A stretch of DNA of 64,000 nt. It comes from the human T2T-CHM13v2.0 reference genome, Homo sapiens. The notes below the pieces were generated by a model. It had not been told where the DNA came from, did not search any database, and worked only from the letters and a program-made list of their open reading frames with translations. The stretch lies in the NCBI RefSeq assembly GCF_009914755.1, contig NC_060933.1; one strand, written 5' to 3'. Shown in pieces: positions 30,454 through 43,922 of this stretch. Each line of letters begins with the position of its first letter. Positions within the stretch are counted from its first letter, which is position 1. Position numbers and translations under genes: made by a program.

Positions 30454-30480
30454 AAAGGAAAGGGAAAAGGAAAAGGAAGT
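30109..30480 (+). mobile_element. AluJ with A40 plus (GGAAA)n tail
   Basis: Diverged dimer; 40 A at 30412-30451. Confidence 0.92.
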
Positions 30481-30669
30481 GTATTTCCACTAATGGTCCC
30501 TAAACTCAAGATTTCACAGACCAGGCAAGAGGAAGCTTTATTTGTGCTGAATTTCAGGTTACATGCTATATGGCTAAAAACCCAATGTTATCCCTAACAT
30601 AAAAAACAACAAGTTTAAAATGTCTTTACTTAGGATCCCTTGTACTCTTCTAGTATCACTTTTAATGAA

Positions 30670-31160
30670 ATGGTTGAAAGCAAGAGCTTTGGAGTCTGTC
30701 AGTCACTATACTGATGCTGGGTGGCATGATCTAGTGGACAAGGACCCGGACTCCCGACGCTTCAGTGCCCAAGTTCAAGTCCTTGCTCTGGCAGGACCTG
30801 AGCTAGCTATGTGACCCTAGCCAAGTCACTTAACCTCTCTGTGCTTCAGTTTCCTCCTTTACAAAAAATACCTAATAATATCAACCTCACAGGAATTCTG
30901 GAAGACTCAATGACTAAAAAAATGCAGAGTACTTGGACTCTAGCACGTAGCAAGTACTATCTGGATGCTCACCAGAGCTATGACCATCTTCACTCTTCAC
31001 TAGCTGTGTGGCATTAACTTTCTTGTATCTCAGTTTCTTCATCTGATAAAGAGGAACAATACTATTTCACTCACAGCATCGCTAAATAACCATGCATGTA
31101 ATGTGCTTGGCACAGGGTCTAGCATATGATATGTGCTTGATATGCAGTAGCTATCATTAA
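30670..31160 (+). mobile_element. MIR fragments (two or more in tandem)
   Basis: agctatgtgaccctagccaagtcacttaacctctctgtgcttcagtttcctc, and a second core at about 31000-31050. Confidence 0.75.
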
Positions 31161-31536
31161 TGTTCTATCAGTAATTGAATACTTTCTTACACTGTTCTTT
31201 ACTCTGTACAAAAATCTTTGTGCTTGAATAAATATGCCATAAGTTTATTCAAAATATAAACTCTAGGCCATTCCAATTTGTGGGTGTTAATTCAAAATTT
31301 TCAGAAATGCATGGTACAATTTTCGGAACTGTACCTTCCCAATAAATCTCTCTTAAATGTATCCCCCATGACACCACCACTGTGAATCAACAAAAAATGC
31401 TCAATGGCTACTTGCAAATGGATAATTTTAAAATTAAACTGAAGTATAGATTTTAAAGTGATTACTTCTGCTTTCATTATCAGGTTGCACTTACGGCAGA
31501 GTCTCCAGCTCAGAAAACACTTTCCTCTCATGAATC

Positions 31537-31861
<325 letters not shown>

Positions 31862-31869
31862 TCTCATGA

Positions 31870-32170
31870 TTTTTTTTTTTTTTTTTTGAGACGGAGTCTC
31901 GCTCTGCCGCCCAGGCTGTAGTGCAGTGGCGCATCTTGGCTCACTGCAAGCTCCGTCTCCTGGGTTCACGCCATTCTCCTGCCTCAGCCTCCTGATTAGC
32001 TGGGACTACAGGCATCCACCACCATGCCCAGCTAATTTTTTGTATTTTTTTTAGTAGAGACGGGGTTTCACCGTGTTAGCCAGGATGGTCTTGATCTCCT
32101 GACCTCATGATCCGCTCGCTTTGGCCTCCCAAAGCACTGTGATTACAGGCGTGAGCCACCACCCCCGGCC
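31870..32170 (-). mobile_element. AluY-like, inserted at the TSD of the preceding Alu
   Basis: gccattctcc, gtgttagccaggatgg; TSD tcatgatt. Confidence 0.93.
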
Positions 32171-32240
32171 TCATGATTCTTATACTCAGGAATTAGAATG
32201 GGTCTTAAGCTAAAAGATATTTATGCTTATAAGAATGTTG

Positions 32241-32545
32241 AGACCAGGCACGGTGGCGCATGCCTGTAATCCCACCACTCTGGAATGCCAAGGTAGGAGG
32301 GATTGCTTGAACCCCGAGGTTCGAGACCAGTCTGGACAACATAGTAAGACTTCATCTTTACAAAAAGTACAAAAATTAGCTGGGCATGGTTTTGCATGCC
32401 TGTGGTCCCAGCTACTTGGGAGGCTGAGGTGGAAGCATCACTTGAGCCCAGGAGGTTGAGGCTGCAGTGAGCCTAGATCACACCACTGCACTCCAGCCTA
32501 GGCAAGAGAGAGACCCTGTCTCAAAAAAAAAAAAAAAAAAAAAAA
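32241..32545 (+). mobile_element. AluJ
   Basis: cacttgagcccaggaggttgaggctgcagtgagc; A tail. Confidence 0.92.
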
Positions 32546-32765
32546 TCGTAGTACTACGAGGTGAAAGGGACCCAACCCTCTTCTTTTACTGACAGTAGAA
32601 ACCCTGGTGCATGCAGAGATAGGCCCAAGGTTGCATCATTACTAAGGGGCAGAGATGGGACAAGAATCTTGCTTTGTTTCTGGCTCTAAGTCCATCTTTC
32701 TTCCCATTATTTTACAGGACTCCCTAATGGAAACACTTGAAAACATTGTATTTGTGAATCTAGAG

Positions 32766-33306
32766 CAGGAGTCTCCAACCCCTGGGCCACAGACGGGTAC
32801 CAGTCTGAGCCTGTTAGGAACTGGGCCGCACAGCAGGAGGTGAGTGGTGGGCGAGCGAGCAAAGCTTCATCTGTATTTACAGTCGCTCCTTATTGCTCAC
32901 ATTACTGAGCTCCACCTCCTGTCAGCTCAGCAGCCGCCTTAGATTCTCACAGGAGTGTGAACCTGATTGTGAACTGCGCATGCGAGGGATCTAGCTTGCA
33001 CGCTCCTTATGAGAATCAAATGCCTGATGATCTGTCACTGCCTCTCATCAGCCCTAGATGGGACTGTCTAGTTGCAGGAAAATAAGCTCAGGGCTCCCAT
33101 TAATCCTACATTATGATGAGTTATGTAATTATTTTATTATATATGACAATGTAATGATAATAGAAATGAAATAAAGCGCACAATGAACGTAACGTGCTTG
33201 AATCATCCTGAAACCACCCCCCGCTCCTGCCCCCCACACCTTCTGTCCATGGAAATAGTATCTTTCACGAACCAGCCCCTGGTGCCAAAAAGGTTAGGGA
33301 CTGCTG
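32766..33306 (+). mobile_element. MER1A (hAT-Charlie), full length
   Basis: Ends caggagtctccaacc / ggttagggactgctg; perfect 8-bp TSD atctagag at 32758-32765 and 33307-33314. Confidence 0.92.
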
Positions 33307-34599
33307 ATCTAGAGATTGTTTACTCAGTCTTAGATATCAGGGACTCCATAAAGGAAAGACAGAAACCAAGATATCAGTCCTCTTTGCTGGGACAGGGTGA
33401 GCCTGGATTTTTAGTTTTTGGTGACGGTTGATTCAGTGTATATTTCATTACTATTTTAAACATCTTCAATGGAGGTTTCTTCTTGCATTTTGTACATTAA
33501 GTGCTCTCGTAACATTTTAGAAAAAGATTTTTCTTTTACTCATATTTCAGGGTAACATAATCATAATAAAGAGGTTGAGAGCTTTTGGGAAAAGTTTCCC
33601 AGTTTCTTGGTGGCAAGGGAGGATAAGCCCGTTGTGCCCATCATTTATACTAGGCCGCTGCTATTCTAGCCCAAGAGGGATTGGAGAGGGAGCCAGATGG
33701 CCCTGGCAGACTGCAAGGATGAAGAGCAGGTCCGGGGTGATGTGCGCCACACACAGAGCTCAGAGGCTTGAGAGGGCAGCGCATGAGAGTGGCTACTTGG
33801 AGGTGGTCAGGAAGGCCCTGAGGCAACCTCTCATCTGATGGAGCCAGCATAATTTTGGAATCTCTCTAAATCTCCTCCTGGAAACCAGACAAAGCAGCTA
33901 TAATATTGAGAGCTGAATGAACTCTTCAGTAAAGCCAGATTTAAAGAACTCCCCATGATCCACAGCATATAGGTGGGCAGCACCACCCAGCATCAGCAGC
34001 CATGAGGCTGGAGGGCTGGGGGGGGGTGGGGGCATAGGAGGGAGGTGAAAGAGGACAAATGACCTGCCCTAGTGCCACAAGATCCCAAGATCTCCAGGAG
34101 ATACTCATCTCCATAACAGGGCCCTGCAGCGGGAGCCTTGACAAGTGGGTCTGTGAACAGCAAGCAAATTGGGCAAGGTCCTCTGAGGGTGTGCATGCAG
34201 ATGCCCACAAACCCTTACAAAAGGGTCACCAAGGGGCTGCAGAACCACCCAGCGAACCTCCACTCAGAAAAGCAGCTCCTCTTCTGTGGACACGTGGCTG
34301 GGAGCAGAACTCAAACAAAGCCGGCGGGACGCCCGGAGTGGAAGGAGGGTGGGCTGTCCAGGGCCTGGCAGGGCCACCAGCACAGCACCTGAAGGCCAGG
34401 ACAGCCACAGAGTGCAGACAGGTACCCAGTACCTTCGTCCTCACTGAGGCCAGGAGGCCGCCCTGGCTACCATGCTCTCTCCACGGAAGAGCCCTCCACG
34501 GGGCCAACACAGAAACACTACACCCAGTACTACAAGAGAAAACAAGGTGAACCCGAACAGGACAGTCCACACCACGAAACAGGGACCACAAGCCGGTGA

Positions 34600-35275
34600 A
34601 AACTGTAACCAATTATTTCAAACTGAGCTGAAAGAAATTAAGGAAACAACTAACTGCTGCTTTGAAAAAACAGCACAAATCAGGAATAGACGTTCTCAGA
34701 AGCGAGATGGCTGGACAAGAAGAACATGCGAAATGAGAACTGGCAAAACTCAGTAAAATGTGAAGGAAAACAATGTTAGAAATAAAGACCAAATTAAAAG
34801 AGACATAAGAGCAAAGAGACATCACAGAAAGCACAGCAAGATAAATGGAGGCTAGGAGGAGAACAGTAGAGAAGACAAACACCAAACAGATCATGTGGAG
34901 TTCGTTTGGATCCTGATAAAAAACAAACTGTAAAAAGGCATTTTTAGACAAGTAGGGAAATACGAATACAGGCAGAGTATTGATGATATGAAGGAATCAC
35001 TAATTATGTTACATGTGATAATGGCATTGTGATTATAACAGTGAATGTCCTTATTTTGCAGAAACAAGTGTTCGGGGGTAGAATGACATGACACAAGGGA
35101 TTTGCTTGAAAACATTCCAGTAGCAACAACAAAAAAGCAAAAGCAAAAAAGAAAGAAACAAAGGATAGATAAAGAAAACACAGCCAAATGTTGGTGATTT
35201 GGGATTTGGGGGATTATCCCATGGGAGTTCATTTTCCCATTCTACTTTTATGGACTTTAAAACTTTAATAATGAA
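34600..35275 (+). mobile_element. HAL1/L1 ORF1-like remnant followed by an old L1M 3'UTR fragment
   Basis: A-rich coiled-coil-like coding remnant (34600-34870); tggatcctga...tgtgataatggcattgtgatt L1ME/MC 3'UTR motifs (34890-35275). Confidence 0.5.
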
Positions 35276-35289
35276 AAAGCATGCTGGGA

Positions 35290-35770
35290 AGAAGGACACC
35301 TGACACACTGTGAAGAGAGCACAGCTGGCAGAAGGAACAGAAAGTGCTGAGGCACAGGTGGGCTCAAACTTGGAGATTTCCCGGAACAGCGAAGAAGCTT
35401 AGCAAGGACAGGGGGAGAGAGAGGGAGGTGGAAGGCGATGAGGCAGCGGAGCCAGGAGGGGCCAGATCATGGAAGCCTTTGCAGACCAGCAATAAGAGGA
35501 GTTTGGAATTTATCGCGAATGTGATGAGAAGCCACTGAGGGGTTTAACAATTAGGGGCAAAATTAAACCTATGTCGTGAAATGTTGCTCTGGCTGCTTTA
35601 TGTAGAGGCCAGAGTAGAAGCAGAGTCCAGTGAGGAGACCTTGGCCGGACCCCAAGTGCCAAAAGAGGGTGGCCCGGACCTGGGCCCCGTTAGTGGTGAC
35701 GGGGAGAAGAGCAGGACTTGAGATGTAATCTAGAGATATTGCTTGTGGGCTAGACTGGGAGTGGGGGGCG
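35290..35770 (-). mobile_element. L2 fragment
   Basis: gggccagatcatggaagcctt...aggagtttggaatttatc...gagaagccactg. Confidence 0.75.
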
Positions 35771-36856
35771 GGGAGGTGAGGAAAACAGACATTTATTTTT
35801 GGATTCCAGTCTTAATTACCTGTCTGATTTTAATCCTTTTCCCAGAAATGAGAGGAAAACTTTGCAGTTTTCTATGGTTTATCTCTATACAAAGGAGTCT
35901 GCATCTCTAAAAGGGAATTTCAAAAGCACTATCAGATTTAAACCATTTCAGAAGTCTGACTTACATGTGTGGTCACTGAGGTCACTCTTCCATATAGATA
36001 TTACAGTGATAAGCTTGCAGACTACACAGGCAACTGACAGAAGGGATTTTACTGCAAGGCTAACTACTCTCTCTCAAAAAAAAATCTATGTTGGCACTTT
36101 CTGTTTGCCTCCCTCTATCCCTCTTAATTCTAGTACAGACAGCTTCTAATCGGATTTGTTGTGATTAGAACATACAGGTTTCAAATATGAGAGGTTTGAA
36201 GCAATGAATATTTATTTCAGATCTTTCTGGAGGAATGAGTACTAAAACGATCTATTCCTTTTCCCTACATGGAAAGTGAGGTCAAATTTCATATTCCAAT
36301 TTACAGTTGGAGCAAGTCCCCAATACAAAATAGTGTCTTTTAGATTTACCAAAAAAAAAATAATAGCTTGAGCAGGCAGGTTTTGCTCACTTATTCTTAC
36401 ACCAAATGCTATTCTTCAGAGGTTCTGCACTATAAATAGAGACAGACACATGCAGTTGATGGACAAAGCAAAGAAATATCCTAAGGCAGTAGACAGCAAA
36501 TGTAACCTCCAGCAAGAAATTCTTCAAAAGCCACACTAAAGTCTCAGGTGGTATGTCCCTGCCACCCAGAATCTAGCACTCAGCCCTGTATACATTCACG
36601 TTTAGTAAATGTCCAATGAATGAATGAATGAGTATTAAATCTTTGACTCCAATTGTCCCGCTTCTCTCCTGAACTCTCCAAGTCCCTGGGCTGAATGAAG
36701 AGAGACTCAGGTAGGGGTAATGCTTTCATGGGAACAAGGTCAAGAAGACCCCTGGTAACATTCATGGAAAAGAACTGTTATACCAAAAAGGCTAATCCCA
36801 ACACAGAGTAACCTACAGAGTTTGCCCCATCAGTCCTGTTCAGAAAACCAACAACA

Positions 36857-36990
36857 GGGAGGCTGACACGGGTGGGTCATCTGAGGTCAGCAGTTTGAGA
36901 CCACCCTGGCCAACATGGTGAAACCCCATCTCAACTAAAAATACAAAAAATTAGCCAGGTGTGATGGTGTGCACCTGTAAACCCAACTAT
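36857..36990 (+). mobile_element. Alu internal fragment
   Basis: gggaggctgacacgggtgggtcatctgaggtcag...aaaaattagccagg, truncated at both ends. Confidence 0.85.
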
Positions 36991-37484
36991 TTCCAAAACT
37001 GAGTATGTACCTCTCTATATTAAAATGCAGAAAGTAATTACTATCACAGAATTTATAAATGAGGGAAGCAATACAAGAAAATTTCAAACACTCAAATGCT
37101 CAGAGCAGGAAGATAACTGACATTAATCATGAACCATCTTCCTGTCACCAATTCCTACCTAGAAGAAATTATAAACTTTCTAGTACACTTTTTTCTTTTC
37201 TTTTTCTTTTTAACTTTCTAGTACACTTTCTTGCTTTAATAGTTCCCTGTCCATTCCCTCTTTCCTCCTTATGAACAAAACCCTGCCTGTGACAATTATC
37301 CCCTTTCAGGGAAGGGCCTATCCCCAGCTGTAGGGATCCTGAGCAGGTTGACACTATCCCCTCCAGGATAACTCTGGGTCCTTGGCAATGACTGGGATGC
37401 CAACAGGCATGCATGTGATGTGTGACCATTCTGGCCAATGAGACATGAAGAAATCGGCCGCAGGGCTTCTGGAAGAGGCTTCCC

Positions 37485-37617
37485 TTTTCTTTTTTTCTTT
37501 TTCTTTTCTTTTTTTTTTTTTTTTTTTGAGATAGAGTCTCACTCTGTCACCAGGCTGGAGTGCAGTAGCGCGATCTCGGCTCACTACAACCTCCGCCTCC
37601 TGGGTTCAAGCGATTCT
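37485..37617 (-). mobile_element. 5'-truncated Alu (part of right arm)
   Basis: CT-rich tail, then gagatagagtctcactctg...ttcaagcgattct. Confidence 0.9.
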
Positions 37618-37750
37618 AGAGGCAGAGTTACCTGGGACTTGGCTTTGTCTTGTCTGACTGGACGGGCTGCAGCCGTCTTGCAGCCATCAAGGGAGCAGCC
37701 GGAGGAAGAACAGCAGTTTACAAAGATGACATCCTTGAGCTACTGAATTA

Positions 37751-38237
<487 letters not shown>

Positions 38238-38559
38238 CTAGTGCTGCCCTCACCTTGGAATTTCTTTTTATAATAAACTGTCTTGTTATAAATGCATTGT
38301 CCTGTTTCGGTTAGTTAAATTAGTTCTACTGTTAAGTTAGTTTAAGTTAGTCAGTTGCAGGGTTTCTGATACTTGCAGAAGAAGGTACCAGGCTTAACGG
38401 ATATACAGATCAAGTAGGAATCCCTGAGGCTCCTGTGTCAGACTGACCAGCAACCTCATTACCATTCTTACCACACAGTTCTGTTAGTAGACTGAACTTT
38501 TAATGATCCCAGGACACTGGGGATGTGTGATTATATCTGACTATGTAGATAGTGTTTTC

Positions 38560-38705
38560 AGAGTGAGAAGGGGCCTTGGAGATTGCAAAGTTTAATTCTC
38601 TCATTTAAAAAGTAAGGAAACTCAGGCCCGGAGAGAAATGACCTGCCCAAAGAAGAGGAGTGGGTCAGACAGAGCTGGGGACAGAAATCAGGAGTCTGGA
38701 CTGTT
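38560..38705 (-). mobile_element. MIR3-like
   Basis: gaaggggccttggagatt...aggaaactcaggcccggagagaaatgacctgcccaa. Confidence 0.7.
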
Positions 38706-39799
38706 TTACACTCACAGGGGCCTCCTTTGTTCATTTGCCTGAAATGTGGAACACGGGAGAGAAGAATGTGGTGGAGGGTTATACTTGACTTTGACTGTAA
38801 ACTTTCCTCCCAACTCACCTGTTAGGCAGGACTTTGGATGTGCTCTTGTCACTCCAGCTGTATTCCAGTGAGTATCCTCCATCTGTCACTTTCACCAGTT
38901 ACCTCATTTGCTGTCACTTCCTCAGTGTTTTCCTACATCTCCCCCTTCTTTCCCTCAGTTCAGAAGGGCATATATCTTTTTTTAAGACCAGTAAACCCAA
39001 AAACTTGGCTGGTAGTGGGTGTTCGATGGAACCTAAGTGATTCTCTACCTGATATGCTCAGTTCTAAGTTTAACTCTCATCTGTTTTCATGCTGACCTTT
39101 AAGCCAAAGCAAAAAGCCACGAAAAGAAACATAATTACTTTGTAGTCATTTGTAAAACTTGTTTTAGTTGCTGTTATTTATCTCTTTTTCCTTTAAATAT
39201 GTGATTTGGAGAATACTCAAATTACATCTTAGAGCCAGTCTTTTTCAAAAGGAATGTATCTCCAATTTTATAATCAAATAAATAGCAGCTTAGCATTGTA
39301 CCTCCACTATGAGAAGTTCACCTACTTCTTAAAAATTGCAAACAGTCAACTCTCTGTGTTATGAAGAATATGTAGGAATTTGGCTAGTAGGTCATCCAGA
39401 CCAAGTTACTATTCCTTTCATCTTGCTGAACAGTTCGTTGCTTACTCACACCTCAACAGACAAGGGCAGAAGCAAGGACAGTAGGTAAGTCCTGAGTTCT
39501 CATCTTGTTTCTGCTTCTAAATGAACAAGCTTCATCAATTTTCAGTGAATATCATCTCGCTGGGTTAGTTTCCTTGTTTTAATTTTGTTTTAAGCAGCAG
39601 TGGTCCAGTCATTCATTCTTTTGACCACCATTGACCACATTCCTATACTGCCATTAGCGCTGGGGGAGCAAAGATGAAGAAGACACAATCCCTGCCCTCA
39701 AAGAGTTAACGGCTTAGAGAAGCAGAGTAACGCAAATATGTAATAACTGATGAGAAAGGAACGATGGAGAAACACAATGCATTATGAGGATACAGAAGA

Positions 39800-40160
39800 T
39801 GTCATCAGGATCAACTGGCTGCAAAGAACAGGAACCCACTAAAACTAAGTTGAGTAAAAAAGGATGTGGGGTTTCACTGGCAGGACACCCAAATGTCCTC
39901 ACAGATTCAAACATCAGGAATTCTGCCAGCTCTCCAAGGGAGAGGAACTACAAACTGAGGGACTGTCAGAAATCTAAGCAGCATCTCTCTGTCCTTCTCT
40001 GTCAGCTTTGTTTGATTCTCTAGGACATACTCATTCCCTTTCCTGTCCTCCATTTAGCAGGGTCTGTGATCAAAGGCCATGGGGTGTGAGGTAGGCAGTT
40101 TTCCACGAAGGGCTGTAAGGGCACAGAGAGAAGGACTGACAGAGGCAACAAGTGTCATCT
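39800..40160 (-). mobile_element. Old MLT1 (M/N/O-like) LTR
   Basis: tcaggatcaactggctgcaaagaacaggaacccactaaaactaagttgagtaaaaaagga is the reverse of an MLT1 3' end. Confidence 0.55.
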
Positions 40161-41739
40161 CCAGGAAAGAGAAGGTTGTGTGTGGACCAGAGCTGTATCA
40201 TACAGAGGAGTTCAAAGACACCTCGGGACTTGCTTAATCCAACTCCTGGTAATTATAAGGGAAAAAATGGCGGTGAACTAAAGTCAGGTGAGCCCAAGGT
40301 CACCTGGCTAAATCAAGAAAGCCCAGAATGAACCCAGACTCTGGTCTCTTACTCAATCCAGGCATCAAAGCATACCCCAGCAAAATGCTGCAATGCTGGA
40401 GATTCAATTATCCTCTCCATTATCCTAATCAGCTGATAAGTTATGCTCTTAAAATCAAAGGCCAAGAAAATAACAATAAAAACAGTCACTGGGCAGTGGG
40501 TGTATTATTAGTAGGTTATCTTATTACTGAGATGAGTGATAGGATTATTCCCAGGACCCTGAGTGCAGGTCCTGTAACCAAATGTGAAGAGCAAATGTTA
40601 TTACTAATCCAATCTCCCATTACAAATAGGCCTTGCCAATGAATTTAAACAAATACTGCCAGGAAAAGGCAGGTAATTTAGGGAAGTTAGCAAAGAAATA
40701 TCTACAAAGTCTTGTTTCTTCCTTGACAAACTGAACTTTTGACCAACTACTTCCTCATTTGCTTTAAGAAAATCTGTAAATATAAACTGTTTACAATGAT
40801 TACGAAAATAGCTACCAAAAGACATCCAACCAAATAAATGAATACAGCAGTAAACTAAGCTGGTCCTGTCTCTAATCTACAACACTATTATCTAATCAGG
40901 AAAGACTGAAAAACAGATCATTACGCTTTAAGAACACTATAATTAAAAGAGGCCTTCCCCCTTTCTGCTCTCCCAAACCCTGATCACAACACGGTTATTT
41001 CAAGATTCTACTTGCAGGAGCCCCATTTAAACAGGAAAAGCACTAATTGGGGCTCTAGTAGCAGCTGTACTACTTTGATGTCAGTTACAAGGATGAACTT
41101 GAACAGAATTTTTTATGGCCCTGCCAAGCCAGCCAGTCACCAGTCCAGTTAACCCTTCAGCCACTCGTTATTCCAATCATGATTCCTGGAACCGTATTCA
41201 AAAGTTGCTTCTTCAGGAACTCCGCGTGTGCCACATTCTCTGCCTGAAGCCCCTACGCAGAGCAGAATGGTGACCATCATAGAGCAGCCAGGTGGCAGCC
41301 AAATAAGGAAGTGGCGGCTCTGGAACCAAAGGCAGTCAGGTCAAAGCCTGGTTTGTGGGAAGTAGTACTGAACTGAAAGTGAGAAAATTCAGGCTCTAGT
41401 TACCACTTGTCATTACTACTGCAGCCTTAGACAATATTTCTGGGCCTCATTTTCCTTGTCTGTAAGAGTAAGTTGGTCTGCATGATTGTTAAGGAGTGTC
41501 CGACTCCTTGAAAACCATCGTTAGGGCAATCTGATTTGATTTCTCCAACACAGCCCTTGTTCCCAGTCAACTCTCTGGGTGGCGTGGACCACTCTGCTCT
41601 GCGGCTGGCTGTGAAGAGATCTTCCCCTCCCTGAGAGCTGTGTCCTGGTCTCTCTGGAGGGGGTTCTGGAATGCAGTGCAAACAGCAGCACCCCAATAGC
41701 CTGGGGCTGCTCTTGGTTCATGTAAAGGGCTTAGGTCAT

Positions 41740-42725
41740 TGCAAAAATGAATGGTCCTAGCCAAAAATAATTGTTATGTTCATTTCAAGAATAATTAGAA
41801 AATAAGTAAATTGGTCATTGTTGAGGGGTGCTAGACAACCAGCTCTATTCTGAAAACTAGAACACAAAGAAACCAATCAAGCATTTACTCTGCCTGTCCT
41901 GTAAAAGTTATACCACAGAGCAACCAAATTGTTTGAGATGGGGAAGTTTGTCTTTGTAGACGTGTTCCAGCTGATAGATGAACCGGGAAGATGGCATGAC
42001 TATATCACCTCCCTGCACCCTGAGGAATGTGGACACTGAGCATAAGCGGCAGCTAACGTCATCAAAAAGAGAGACAACCAGACATTTTGTGCCTCCTGCT
42101 AGAACACAATACCATCGATGAAGCAGCCTTGTGAAAACAAACAAGCAAATCAAACATGACTCTGATCAAGCATCTTCACCCAGCCACCAAATCTACAGTA
42201 TAGACCAAGCACAGACACATGTTTAACGAAACCAAGGAGATGAAGTCAGCAAAATCCAGACTATGGAAAACAACTTGGTGTCTTCAGCGACAAAATTTCA
42301 GGGGGAAAAAAAGGGAGATGTGGAAGGAAAAATTATATATACATACACTTAAAAAGACACAAAAGACATATCAATCAAGAAGTGGATTTTATTTGGATCC
42401 CAATTCAAACAAACTGCTTAAAAAAATTATGACACCTATGAAACAACCAGAAATTTATAAACTGACTAGACAGCTGACATTACAGAACTATTATTAGTTT
42501 TATTTTAGGTGGGATAATAGTATTATGGTTTTGTTTCTTGAAAGTCTTTACACTTTATGTATCTTGAAACTTTAGAGGTCCATAGTGAAATGCTTATGGA
42601 TTAAATGATATCTTAGATTTGCTTTGAAATAGCATAAGGATCTGATGGATGCCGGAGTCCATATGAGTTTATTTCAGTGTTCTATGTGTGTGGACATTTG
42701 AAGTTCTCCATTAAAAAGTTAAAAC
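41740..42725 (+). mobile_element. L1MC4/5-like 3'UTR
   Basis: aatcaagcatttactctgcc, aaaagagagacaaccagacatt, gtcagcaaaatccagactatggaaa, tttggatcccaattcaaacaaac. Confidence 0.8.
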
Positions 42726-43816
42726 AACAACAACAACAAAAAAAACTCTTAAGAAAAATGACTGTCCAAGCATGGTTTCACTCTGCCCTGACATTTAACC
42801 TTGTACCATTCTGCACTGGATCCAAATGGGCTGAAACACACTACTCTTCAGAACAACTGCAGAGCTGGAGAAACCATCGCAAGAGGGCGTTTTATTCAGG
42901 TTTCAATTGTGTATGTACAGAACTTGGAGCAAAGAAAATTTCCCTGCTGTCTATAATATGGCTAGATCATCCCTACCCTTTCTCCCACTTTCCTTGCTCT
43001 TCCTTTATACTACAAAGCCCTAAAAATTATGTCAGGGAAGAGCCCTTTATGTAAAGAAATGAATTATCATCTTTACATACATAAGATTAGCTACAACTAC
43101 CTGGTGACAATTTGGTGCACAAGCTTGTACAGGCAAGTGATGAACCGCAGAGATGATGGGTGTCACTTGGCATCACTTGCCTTTTTCTTTTTCCCTCTCA
43201 CCCATGCCTTGGGCCTTGGGAGCTCCCTGGACATTATCTGGCTCTCCCGAGGCACATAGCTGGAGGCAGCAGACCCAATCTAGGTCAAATATGGGACCTA
43301 ACACCTCCCTCTTTGCCTCACCATTTTAAAGAACAGCATCAGCACAACCAATGAATGAAATCAGGTAAGATCCAGAGTATCTCTGCAATCTCGTTTTAAG
43401 CAGATTAGAGAATGTAACCAACGCTTATGTATCTTCCTTTCTGTATTAGGAGCATATGATAGATCTGAGCAAACATTTTGTTTTTCTAACTAAGTCACAC
43501 TACTTATTTGCTACTAAATATTAAAAGCTGTTCCAAAAAAAAAAAAAAAAAACCCCACAATAACCCAATCTGGATTTTAGTACTGAAACTAGATCACCTA
43601 GGGAGCCTGGTCTTAATGCTATCTGCCATCCGCCTTGCAGAGGGCCTGGAATATGGCAGGTGCTCAATGAAATATGGCATTGAATAAAGAATGAAGGAAT
43701 CACTCTTAATTAAACTCCCCCATTTTAGGAATGGAGAGTTTACATTTTAGAAATGTGACATCTCCATAAGGACATCTGCTCAGTGGCAAAGCCACTTATG
43801 CCAAAATATTCCTTAC

Positions 43817-43867
43817 CTTGGATGGGTTCTGTCTACTAGTCCATGCTAACTCCTTGTAGAGTGGCAC
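43817..43867 (-). other. Candidate 51-nt cassette exon
   Basis: atcttgttttcag|GTGCCA...CCAAG|gtaagg; length divisible by 3; open only in phase 0 (VPLYKELAWTSRQNPSK). Confidence 0.3.
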
Positions 43868-43879
43868 CTGAAAACAAGA

Positions 43880-43880
<1 letters not shown>

Positions 43881-43922
<42 letters not shown>
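43881..43922. repeat. (GGCT)10 / (CCAG)n tetranucleotide STR
   Basis: Perfect ggct units. Confidence 0.97.

Noticed and set aside
34059-34612. Overlapping 163-aa and 128-aa ORFs in a GC-elevated patch
   Set aside because: Expected by chance at this GC content; no known motif or convincing splice boundaries; not CpG-dense enough for an island
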